Shown here one piece after another: positions 56,226-64,000 of a DNA stretch of 64,000 bases. A program made the translations under genes and the position numbers. The notes beneath the pieces are model-generated. The model ran no database searches. It worked only from the letters and a program-made list of their open reading frames with translations, and had not been told where the DNA came from. Numbering within the stretch: position 1 is the stretch's first letter; each line of letters starts with the position of its first letter. This DNA is from Flavobacteriales bacterium (GTDB lineage: Bacteria > Bacteroidota > Bacteroidia > JANQJC01): positions 8,138-72,137 of the forward strand of contig JANQJC010000009.1 of NCBI GenBank assembly GCA_028281825.1, written 5' to 3'.

Positions 56226-57800
56226 TTGGAAAACGGGCGAGTACATATACAATCACCGGGATATTCTAAAAAGGCCTCTTTTGAACCCAACATCCTGAGA
56301 AAATTGAAAATTTGGTTCAATAAGGATTCAATACGATATGCGATTCTAGGTGCACTTTTTGGGTTAATGTTTCCTTTGGTGGTTGTTGTGCTGGATATAT
56401 ACATCAAGGGTCTTTCTTTTGGCTTTCAAAGTGTTATCGAAGTGCAAAAAAGCGATTATCATCATTGGATAATTGATACAGCGCCTATCTTTCTTGGATT
56501 AATGGCATATATAGCGGGGTATAAAAGTGATAATCTAAGAGAATTATACAATGAGGTAGTGCAAAGTAATGAGCGTTACTTAAAGCTTTTTGAGCAGTCA
56601 ACAGAAGGTATTTTGTTGGTTGACCCCAAGACCGGGTTAATTTTTGATGTAAATTCTAAGGCTTTAGAAATCTACGGATATGAACGTGACGAGATTATTG
56701 GCCAGCCAACTTATATATTTTTACCAAAACATAAAAAGGATGATTATAAGCAGCTTAGAGATATACTTAAGAAGGAAGGAAAATTTCTTATTGAGACCGA
56801 GCGCCTTAAAAAAGATGGTTCGCTGTTTTGGGCTGAAATATCAATTGGCTTGGTAGAAAAAAAAGAAAGGAAAATATATCAAACGTGTATCAGGGATATT
56901 TCAGCTAGAAAAGAACTTGAAAAGGAAAAAGAGAGACAGCTTAAAGCGCAGAAAGAACTGACAGCATTGCTTGAGCGGAAAGTGAAAAAAAGAACAGAGG
57001 ATTTGTCGGCTGTGAACGAACAATTAAGTAAACAACATGAAGAACTTACTGATAGTATAACTTATGCTAAACGCTTGCAAAATGCAATATTGCCAAAGGT
57101 CGAAATCATTCAGGAGAGTTTTCCAGGCTCTTTTATTTACTATCTTCCTAAGGATATTGTGAGTGGTGATTTTTACTGGTACCATGAATGGAAAGGGAAT
57201 TATATAATTGCTATAGCTGATTGCACAGGTCATGGTGTTCCGGGGGCTTTCATGAGTATTCTTGGGACAGAGATGCTAAACAAGGCCATTATAGAAGAAG
57301 GATTAATGGATCCCGGGAGAATATTGCAGCGGATAGATGTTCATTTAGCCAGGGCATTCAAATCTGACAATGGCAGTGATATAAAAGATGGTATGGATAT
57401 GAGCCTTTGTGTGATTAATAAAGAAAAGAAAGAAGTGAAATATGCCGGGGCGGCATTACCATTAATACACGGGACAAAAGAAGGACTAAATATATACAGA
57501 GGAAGCAGATTTGGTATTGGTGTGAGTGGTTTATCATTGGAGCTGAAAAATTACAATACCCAGACTTTTACATATAGCGAAGGTGAAGGTCTGTTTTTCT
57601 TTTCTGATGGTTATATAGACCAGTTTGGCGGGCAAAAAGGCAAAAAGCTGATGATACGAGGTTTTAAGGAATTGTTGCTATCGTTGAAGGATGTTGAAAA
57701 AGGAAAACAACAGGATTATCTTCATCAGCATTTTATGAACTGGAAAGGAGATTATCAACAAATTGATGATGTGGTTGTGGCAGGAATATGCCTTGATTAG
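56226..57800 (+). CDS. Membrane PAS-domain PP2C/SpoIIE (RsbU-like) serine phosphatase
   Basis: Two TM segments, PAS (N..A..IYGY...E.IG; KKDG), coiled coil, SITYA.RLQ, VSGDFY, ADCTGHGVPGA, DGMD, SDG..DQFGG, Q.DD. Exact start uncertain. Confidence 0.88.
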   Translation: MENGRVHIQSPGYSKKASFEPNILRKLKIWFNKDSIRYAILGALFGLMFPLVVVVLDIYIKGLSFGFQSVIEVQKSDYHHWIIDTAPIFLGLMAYIAGYKSDNLRELYNEVVQSNERYLKLFEQSTEGILLVDPKTGLIFDVNSKALEIYGYERDEIIGQPTYIFLPKHKKDDYKQLRDILKKEGKFLIETERLKKDGSLFWAEISIGLVEKKERKIYQTCIRDISARKELEKEKERQLKAQKELTALLERKVKKRTEDLSAVNEQLSKQHEELTDSITYAKRLQNAILPKVEIIQESFPGSFIYYLPKDIVSGDFYWYHEWKGNYIIAIADCTGHGVPGAFMSILGTEMLNKAIIEEGLMDPGRILQRIDVHLARAFKSDNGSDIKDGMDMSLCVINKEKKEVKYAGAALPLIHGTKEGLNIYRGSRFGIGVSGLSLELKNYNTQTFTYSEGEGLFFFSDGYIDQFGGQKGKKLMIRGFKELLLSLKDVEKGKQQDYLHQHFMNWKGDYQQIDDVVVAGICLD

Positions 57801-57919
57801 ATATTTATCATTCTTCATATTTTATTCTTAACTCTTTTTAAGACTTTTCATTAGGCAAAGGTTCCCTAGTTAATGCCTAAAAATGATAGCTTTGCCGATT
57901 GGTAACACAAACCATAGAG

Positions 57920-58846
57920 ATGGAGCTTTTTAAGGCAGAAAATATTACAAAGGCATATGCCCATCATGTAGCGCTGAAGGGTGTAAGTATTGAGGTGAAG
58001 GAGCAGAGTATTTTTGGCTTGCTTGGGCCCAATGGCGCAGGAAAGACCTCACTTATCCGTATTATCAACCAAATTACCGGTCCTGATGAGGGACAGCTAT
58101 TTTTTAATGGCGAAAGATTAAATGCAAAGCATGTAGAGCAAATTGGTTATTTACCAGAAGAAAGAGGCCTTTATAAAAAAATGAAGGTGGGTGAACAAGC
58201 CATGTATTTGGCAAGGCTAAAGGGGTTAAGCCAGGCAGATGCCAAGAAAAAATTGAAATATTGGTTTGAGCGCTTTGAGATACAGGCATGGTGGAACAAA
58301 AAGGTAGAAGAACTTAGTAAAGGTATGGCGCAAAAGGTTCAGTTTATTGTGACCATATTGCATGAACCTAAGTTGTTGATACTGGATGAGCCTTTCAGTG
58401 GTTTTGACCCTATCAACACCAATATTATCAAAGAAGAGATTTTGAAATTGAGAGATGCTGGTGCTACCATCATTTTCTCCACACATAATATGGGCTCGGT
58501 AGAAGAGTTGTGTGACCATATTGCGCTCATCAATAACTCTGAGAAGATACTGGATGGACCAGTGAAGCAGGTGAGAAAGGACTTTAAAAAGAATGTTTTT
58601 GAAATTGAGTTTAAAGGAGAGATGCTTATGTTTACCAATGCCCTGGGACATCAATTTGAATTGATAGACCATAGCAAAGAAGATGGTTTAACGACAGCCA
58701 GGGTAAAACTGACAAAGGAGCTTCAACCGAATGATTTATTGCAATCTGTGATGCCAGCGGTGCAAGTGCACTCGCTCAATGAAGTGATACCCAGTATGAA
58801 TGATATATTTATACAAGCGGTAAACGAAAGGAAAAATCTGAACTAA
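57920..58846 (+). CDS. ABC transporter ATP-binding protein (YhaQ/NatA-like)
   Basis: GPNGAGKT, YLPEERGLY, LSKGM.QK, LDEPFSG. TAGCTTTG at 57887-57894 supports ATG 57920. Confidence 0.92.
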   Translation: MELFKAENITKAYAHHVALKGVSIEVKEQSIFGLLGPNGAGKTSLIRIINQITGPDEGQLFFNGERLNAKHVEQIGYLPEERGLYKKMKVGEQAMYLARLKGLSQADAKKKLKYWFERFEIQAWWNKKVEELSKGMAQKVQFIVTILHEPKLLILDEPFSGFDPINTNIIKEEILKLRDAGATIIFSTHNMGSVEELCDHIALINNSEKILDGPVKQVRKDFKKNVFEIEFKGEMLMFTNALGHQFELIDHSKEDGLTTARVKLTKELQPNDLLQSVMPAVQVHSLNEVIPSMNDIFIQAVNERKNLN

Positions 58847-60189
58847 TGGGAAAGATTGGATTAATTATAAAGAGGGAATATCTGACCCGTGTAAAGAAAA
58901 GGTCATTCATCATTATGACCCTTTTAGGGCCATTGCTAATGGGCAGTATCGCTATTGTGCCTGCCTGGCTGGCTATGCAAAATGAGGAAGTTCAGGAAGT
59001 GATAGTGGTTGACGAGAGCTATGTGTTTATTGGTGGACTGCAAGAAACTGAAAGCCTTAAGTTTTTCTATAAACCTGGTGTTTCAAGGCAAGAGGCGAAG
59101 GAAGCACTACTTGAGGATAAGTATAATGCCTTGCTTTATATCCCTGCTAATATTTTATCCTCAAACGCGGTGGTGCTGGAGTATAAGAAGAACCCCGGGG
59201 TGAGCACGGTTTACCAAATTGAGAAAGGTATTGAAGATAAACTAATTGAATATAAGTTCAAGAAATCGGGAATTGAAAAGGAGTGGTTGGACAATACCAA
59301 GAAGCAGTCGCAAATCACCATGGATACCCAAAAAATAAACCAAGCTGGCAAAGGTAAGACTGACAAAACATTGGTGAGTACTGGTGTTGGGATGTTTGCT
59401 GGTATTCTTATATACATATTCATCTTTTTGTATGGGGCACAGGTGATGCGCGGTGTGATTGAGGAGAAAACAAGCAGGATTGTAGAAGTAATCATTTCTT
59501 CAGTTAAGCCCTTTCAACTGATGATGGGTAAAATTACTGGTGTGGCTATGGTTGGCCTTACCCAGTTTTTACTGTGGGTTATGCTCACCTTTTTGGTGAT
59601 AACAGCGGTAATGTCGGCTTTTGGTGGCTCAGCTGTAACTCCAATGAAAAAAGGAACGCCGATGGAAGAGATTATGGGAGTGCAAAGTCAGGCCCAACCT
59701 AGTCCTATGGATGAAATTACTTCCACCGCTCCTGATAAACTGCTGGATAACCTGTTCGGGCATATTAGCATCCCGACTATCTTATTATCGTTTATATTCT
59801 ACTTTATAGGTGGATACCTGCTCTATGGAGCGTTTTTTGCGGCTATTGGCGCCGCCGTAGACAATGAGGCAGATACTCAGCAGTTTATGCTGCCCATCAC
59901 CATACCGCTCATTTTTTCCTTTGTAATGGCACAATTTGTTATCAATAACCCTGAGGGTCCAGTAGCTTTTTGGTTGTCTGTGATACCATTTACTTCTCCT
60001 GTAATTATGATGGTAAGGCTGCCGTTTGGTGTTCCACTACCTGAGTTGTTGCTATCCATGGGAGTACTAATAGCTGGTTTTGTATTTACCACCTGGTTGG
60101 CTGGCAAAGTGTACCGTGTGGGTATATTGATGTATGGTAAAAAGCCTACCTACAGGGAATTATGGAAATGGCTTTTCTATAGGGGATAA
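58846..60189 (+). CDS. ABC-2 transporter permease (YhaP/NatB-like)
   Basis: IKREYLTRVK, EEKTSRIVE..ISSV, GKI.G, PFTSP..M. Confidence 0.9.
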   Translation: MGKIGLIIKREYLTRVKKRSFIIMTLLGPLLMGSIAIVPAWLAMQNEEVQEVIVVDESYVFIGGLQETESLKFFYKPGVSRQEAKEALLEDKYNALLYIPANILSSNAVVLEYKKNPGVSTVYQIEKGIEDKLIEYKFKKSGIEKEWLDNTKKQSQITMDTQKINQAGKGKTDKTLVSTGVGMFAGILIYIFIFLYGAQVMRGVIEEKTSRIVEVIISSVKPFQLMMGKITGVAMVGLTQFLLWVMLTFLVITAVMSAFGGSAVTPMKKGTPMEEIMGVQSQAQPSPMDEITSTAPDKLLDNLFGHISIPTILLSFIFYFIGGYLLYGAFFAAIGAAVDNEADTQQFMLPITIPLIFSFVMAQFVINNPEGPVAFWLSVIPFTSPVIMMVRLPFGVPLPELLLSMGVLIAGFVFTTWLAGKVYRVGILMYGKKPTYRELWKWLFYRG

Positions 60190-60194
60190 ACCAG

Positions 60195-61133
60195 GTGATG
60201 AGCAGGATAGCTATAATTGATCTGGGGACCAATACCTTTAATCTACTTATAGTTGAAAGTGGAGAGGGTAGCAGTTATCAAATTTTGTATTCAGACAAGC
60301 TGGCAGTAAAGCTTGGGCAGGGTGGAATAGATAAGAAACAAATTGCACCTGAGCCTTTCCAAAGAGGTATTGATGCTATCAGGCAATACCTTAAAGTTGC
60401 CAGTAAACACGGGGTAGAAAGGGTTTTTGCTTTTGGTACTTCGGCTATTAGGAGTGCAGAAAACGGAAAAGATTTTACGGCTGCCGTGAAATCTGAGACG
60501 GGGGTAGATGTTAAGGTAATAGATGGGAATACTGAAGCACACTATATTTACTATGGAGTTAGGCAGGCTCTGAATTTGGGTAAGGAGACCTCATTGATAA
60601 TGGATATAGGAGGGGGTAGCACAGAGTTTATTCTGTGCAATGAGAATGAGGTATTTTGGAAAGCCAGTTTTGATTTAGGTGTCACCCGACTGATGGAGAA
60701 ATTTACGCCTGAAGACCCTCTTTCTTTAGATGATGTGCTTCAATTTGAGGCTTATTTTGAAGAGGTTTTGAAACCACTTTTTGAGGCAGTGGGGCAATAC
60801 CCAACCGATGTATTAGTTGGTTCGTCTGGTTCATTTGACTCGTTTGCAGAAATGATTGCCTGGCAAATGCATAATCCACGGGTGCTTGAAGGTAAAACGG
60901 GTTATGAATTCGATTTGCACGAATTTTATCGACTGCATCAATACCTACTTGTTTCTACTTTGGAAGAGCGCCTGCAAATGAAGGGCCTAATACAAATGCG
61001 AGCGGATACCATTGCTTTGGCGGGTGTATTTGTCAATTATATTCTTCAGAAACTTCATATCAACAGGATGAGGCTATCTACCTATGCCTTGAAAGAAGGG
61101 GTGGTGAGTTTACTGCTGAGTGGACAGCTATAA
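60195..61133 (+). CDS. ppx: Ppx/GppA family exopolyphosphatase
   Basis: IDLGTNT, TSAIRSA.N, I.G..EA, DIGGGSTE, LKEG. Confidence 0.9.
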   Translation: MMSRIAIIDLGTNTFNLLIVESGEGSSYQILYSDKLAVKLGQGGIDKKQIAPEPFQRGIDAIRQYLKVASKHGVERVFAFGTSAIRSAENGKDFTAAVKSETGVDVKVIDGNTEAHYIYYGVRQALNLGKETSLIMDIGGGSTEFILCNENEVFWKASFDLGVTRLMEKFTPEDPLSLDDVLQFEAYFEEVLKPLFEAVGQYPTDVLVGSSGSFDSFAEMIAWQMHNPRVLEGKTGYEFDLHEFYRLHQYLLVSTLEERLQMKGLIQMRADTIALAGVFVNYILQKLHINRMRLSTYALKEGVVSLLLSGQL

Positions 61134-61141
61134 TTTGGAAT

Positions 61142-61173
61142 GAGATTGCTTCGTCATTCTTCCTCGCAAGGAC
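61142..61173. repeat. REP-like short interspersed element (GAGATTGCTTCGTC...CCTCGCAAGGAC)
   Basis: Resembles, from recall, the GTCATTGCGAGG...GACGAAGCAATCTC intergenic repeat family; single copy in this window. Confidence 0.45.
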
Positions 61174-61227
61174 GGTATTTTGTAGGTACACTTTGTACTT
61201 CGAATGGAACTTTCTACATTCGCTTTA

Positions 61228-62511
61228 ATGAACAGCCGCCTACAAAATTTTTTTAGAACATTAGGCCCGGGCATACTGTTTGCCAGCACTGCTATTGGAG
61301 TATCCCATTTGGTGCAATCCACCAGAGCTGGTGCTGCATATGGCTTTGCCTTGCTATGGGCAGTAGTAGCTGCCAACGTTTTTAAGTATCCCTTTTTCGA
61401 ATATGGCTCAAGATATGCCAGTGCTACAGGAGAGAGCCTAATAGATGGTTATCAGCGATTGGGAAAGTGGATGCTTTGGTTATATTTTTTAATTACACTG
61501 TGCTCCATGTTCTTTGTGTCGGCGGCTGTGGGAGCAGTTACAGCAGGTTTCTTTGACAACCTTCTGGGTATCTCAACCTGGATGCCTGGCTTTAAACTAT
61601 TACCCATAACTATCGTGTTTGTAGTGTGTATTGGGATATTGGCTTTTGGAAAGTATGGAGGCTTGGACGCGATTATCAAGTTGATAGGAGGGGTATTGTT
61701 GCTATCTACTCTTGTAGCTTTTGCTTTGACTTTATTCCATGGCCCTGTTGAACGTGTGCAGGGGTTTGTGACTCCAGATATTTGGGATGGGATACCTTTT
61801 TTAATCGCCTTGATGGGCTGGATGCCAACAGCAGTTGACCTATCAACCTGGAATAGCTTGTGGACCATTGAGAGAATTAAGCAAACAGGATATAGACCTA
61901 CCTTAAAGCAAACTTTGTTCGAGTTCAATCTAGGGTATTGGATATCAGCAGGACTTTCAATATGTTTTGTAACGCTCGGTGCTTACCTGATATATGGCAC
62001 AGGCCAATCAATGCCCAATGGAGGTGCGGCTTTCGCTAGTTGGGTGATTGAGCTTTATACTGCTACCATAGGTGATTGGAGTAATATCATCATTGCCGCT
62101 GCTGCTTTCTCAATTATGTTCGGTACGGCAATAGGGGTGTTTGATGGTTTCTCGCGTGCTTTAGAACGCACGACTGAATTGCTTTTTCTCAATAAAAAGG
62201 AAGCCACTGAAGCCTTAGGCAATAGTAAGTTTTATATGGGTTCTTTATTTGTTATTGGATTAGGGGCATATTCTATCATTGCCTATTTCTCGAATGACCC
62301 AAAGGGTTTTAGTAAGCTGGTTGACCTAGCTACTACACTTTCTTTTTTAATTGCACCCGTAATTGCAGTTGTGAATCTGATAGTAGTTTGTGGGCCTAAT
62401 GTACCTCAAGAAGCACGTCCTTCGTTAGGGATGAAAATACTCAGTTGGGCAGGAATTATCTTCCTTACTGGATTTGCAGTGTTCTACCTTTACACCTTAA
62501 GTAAACCCTGA
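61228..62511 (+). CDS. NRAMP-family divalent metal transporter-like protein
   Basis: LGPGILFA.TAIGVSHLVQSTRAGA, GWMP, about 11 TM segments. Alternative start at 61204. Confidence 0.85.
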   Translation: MNSRLQNFFRTLGPGILFASTAIGVSHLVQSTRAGAAYGFALLWAVVAANVFKYPFFEYGSRYASATGESLIDGYQRLGKWMLWLYFLITLCSMFFVSAAVGAVTAGFFDNLLGISTWMPGFKLLPITIVFVVCIGILAFGKYGGLDAIIKLIGGVLLLSTLVAFALTLFHGPVERVQGFVTPDIWDGIPFLIALMGWMPTAVDLSTWNSLWTIERIKQTGYRPTLKQTLFEFNLGYWISAGLSICFVTLGAYLIYGTGQSMPNGGAAFASWVIELYTATIGDWSNIIIAAAAFSIMFGTAIGVFDGFSRALERTTELLFLNKKEATEALGNSKFYMGSLFVIGLGAYSIIAYFSNDPKGFSKLVDLATTLSFLIAPVIAVVNLIVVCGPNVPQEARPSLGMKILSWAGIIFLTGFAVFYLYTLSKP

Positions 62512-62526
62512 CAGGCTTTTTGCCTG
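62512..62526 (+). terminator. Hairpin immediately after the NRAMP stop
   Basis: CAGGC-TTTTT-GCCTG between convergent genes. Confidence 0.3.
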
Positions 62527-62627
62527 GAATAAATGCGATTAACTTTCTATCTCAAAATTATGGGTCGCTTGTTAGGGTTATTTATGAAAAATTCTAACAA
62601 GGGTGTCAAACCCTTTCAGAGTTCAAT

Positions 62628-63785
62628 TTAATGAAAGTAGTCCTTCATCTTCTCGAAAAAGCCTTTGTCGCTTTTATCTGGCGCTGGCTTGAAATTTTCG
62701 GAGTCTCTTAACTTTTCCAATATCTTTTTCTCTTCGCTGCTTAGCTTCTTAGGAGTCCAAACGTTTACATTCACCAATTGGTCGCCATTACCATAAGCAT
62801 GAACATCAGGCAAGCCCTTACCGCGAAGCCTTAAAACTTTACCCGGTTGTGTACCAGGTTCAATTTTGATGCGTGCTTTTCCGTCAATAGTTGGTACATC
62901 TATGCTTGTGCCCAAAGCTGCATCAGTAAAGCTGATGAATAAATCATAGTATACATTGCTGCCATCCCTTTTCAGGTGCTCATGTTCCATCTCTTCTATA
63001 AGCACTATCAAGTCGCCGGGGATACCACCACGTGGAGCCGCATTGCCTTTTCCGTTAACGGATAGCTGCATTTCTGAAGAAACACCAGCAGGTATGTTTA
63101 TTTCAATTACTTCTTCACCCTTCACTACACCGTCACCATAGCATTTCTTACACTTGTGTTGTATGGTTTTTCCTTCACCACCACAGGTAGGACAGGTAGA
63201 AGTGGTTTGCATTTGTCCCAATATGGTATTGGAAATACGTGTAACCCGGCCCTGACCATTACAGGTAGAACAAGTGGAAAAACCAGCTCCTTTCTCCGCT
63301 CCTGTACCGTTGCACTCTTCACAAGCCACGTATTTGTTTACCTTAATTTTCTTGGTAACGCCCTTGGCGATTTCTTCAAGGGTGAGTTTTACTTTAACGC
63401 GAAGGTTAGAACCTCGATTTACGCGCCTTCCACCGCGCTGGCCACCAAAGCCACCACCACCAAAATGTCCACCAAAGATGTCCCCAAATTGCTCGAAAAT
63501 ATCTTCCATTGACATGCCGCCACCAGAGAAACCACCACCAAAGCCACCGCCAGCTGCGCCGCCAACACCAGCATGGCCATATTGGTCATAACGCTGCCGC
63601 TTTTGGGCATCCCTCAACACTTCATAGGCTTCTGCAGCCTCCTTGAATTTTTCCTCGGCCTCTTTATCGTCAGGGTTTTTATCAGGGTGGTATTTCAAAG
63701 CCAACTTACGATACGCCTTTTTTATCTCGCTATCGTCGGCTTTTTTGTCTATACCCAGTACGTCGTAATAATCTCTTTTAGCCAT
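62628..63785 (-). CDS. dnaJ: Molecular chaperone DnaJ
   Basis: J domain HPD, G/F-rich region, four CxxCxGxG zinc-finger repeats. Confidence 0.98.
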   Translation of the reverse strand: MAKRDYYDVLGIDKKADDSEIKKAYRKLALKYHPDKNPDDKEAEEKFKEAAEAYEVLRDAQKRQRYDQYGHAGVGGAAGGGFGGGFSGGGMSMEDIFEQFGDIFGGHFGGGGFGGQRGGRRVNRGSNLRVKVKLTLEEIAKGVTKKIKVNKYVACEECNGTGAEKGAGFSTCSTCNGQGRVTRISNTILGQMQTTSTCPTCGGEGKTIQHKCKKCYGDGVVKGEEVIEINIPAGVSSEMQLSVNGKGNAAPRGGIPGDLIVLIEEMEHEHLKRDGSNVYYDLFISFTDAALGTSIDVPTIDGKARIKIEPGTQPGKVLRLRGKGLPDVHAYGNGDQLVNVNVWTPKKLSSEEKKILEKLRDSENFKPAPDKSDKGFFEKMKDYFH

Positions 63786-63787
63786 AA

Positions 63788-64000
63788 TTAGCTCCCTACA
63801 ATTACTTTAGCATAGCGCAAAACAATCCCATTCAGGTAATAGCCGCGCTCTATTTCATCTACTACTTTGCCTTTCAAGTCTTCACTTGGGGCTGGTATAT
63901 TGGTAATGGCTTCATGCAATTCGTCGTCAAAATCCTGCCCTTTTGCCGATTCCATTGGCTGCAATCCTTTGGCATGAAGACTATTTTTTAATTTGTGATA
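63788..64000 (-). CDS. grpE: Nucleotide exchange factor GrpE (3' part; truncated by window edge)
   Basis: Manual translation: [50 protein letters not shown], directly upstream of dnaJ. Confidence 0.93.
   Translation of the reverse strand, partial: YHKLKNSLHAKGLQPMESAKGQDFDDELHEAITNIPAPSEDLKGKVVDEIERGYYLNGIVLRYAKVIVGS

Noticed and set aside
63430-63575. ccacca/ccgcc tandem repeats
   Set aside because: They encode the normal Gly/Phe-rich linker of DnaJ.

Overview
A 64 kb, gene-dense chromosomal segment of a Bacteroidota bacterium, probably Flavobacteriales-like. Evidence: T9SS type A and type B C-terminal sorting domains, many TAnnTTTG (-7) promoter elements, and glmM/TPR/comA/DUF368/aroE synteny. 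About 55 CDS are supported. I saw no rRNA, tRNA, CRISPR array, transposase or prophage. The flanks hold housekeeping genes (aroK, uvrB, aroE, glmM, cysteine desulfurase, ppx, dnaJ, grpE) and secreted T9SS cargo, including a ~19-PKD-repeat surface protein and a lysyl endopeptidase-like protease. The standout is a ~23 kb divergently transcribed locus (15993-38782) built around a Wzm/Wzt glycan exporter and dominated by tailoring enzymes: four Fe(II)/2OG oxygenases of four different families (PhyH, AspH/LpxO, TauD, JmjC), three radical SAM enzymes (two are tandem paralogues with an N-terminal SPASM/twitch domain), an HTTM-like membrane pair, AsnB, two SGNH proteins, an acetyltransferase, a GT-C, a methyltransferase, a UbiA prenyltransferase and a secreted transglutaminase-like protein, with no nucleotide-sugar synthesis genes. 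Other oddities: an in-frame ComA-rhodanese fusion, a DxDDTA (class II terpene cyclase-like) orphan, a lipoprotein-ExbD fusion, and a composite repeat patch between glmM and the desulfurase. All family assignments come from motif recognition by eye, not database searches.
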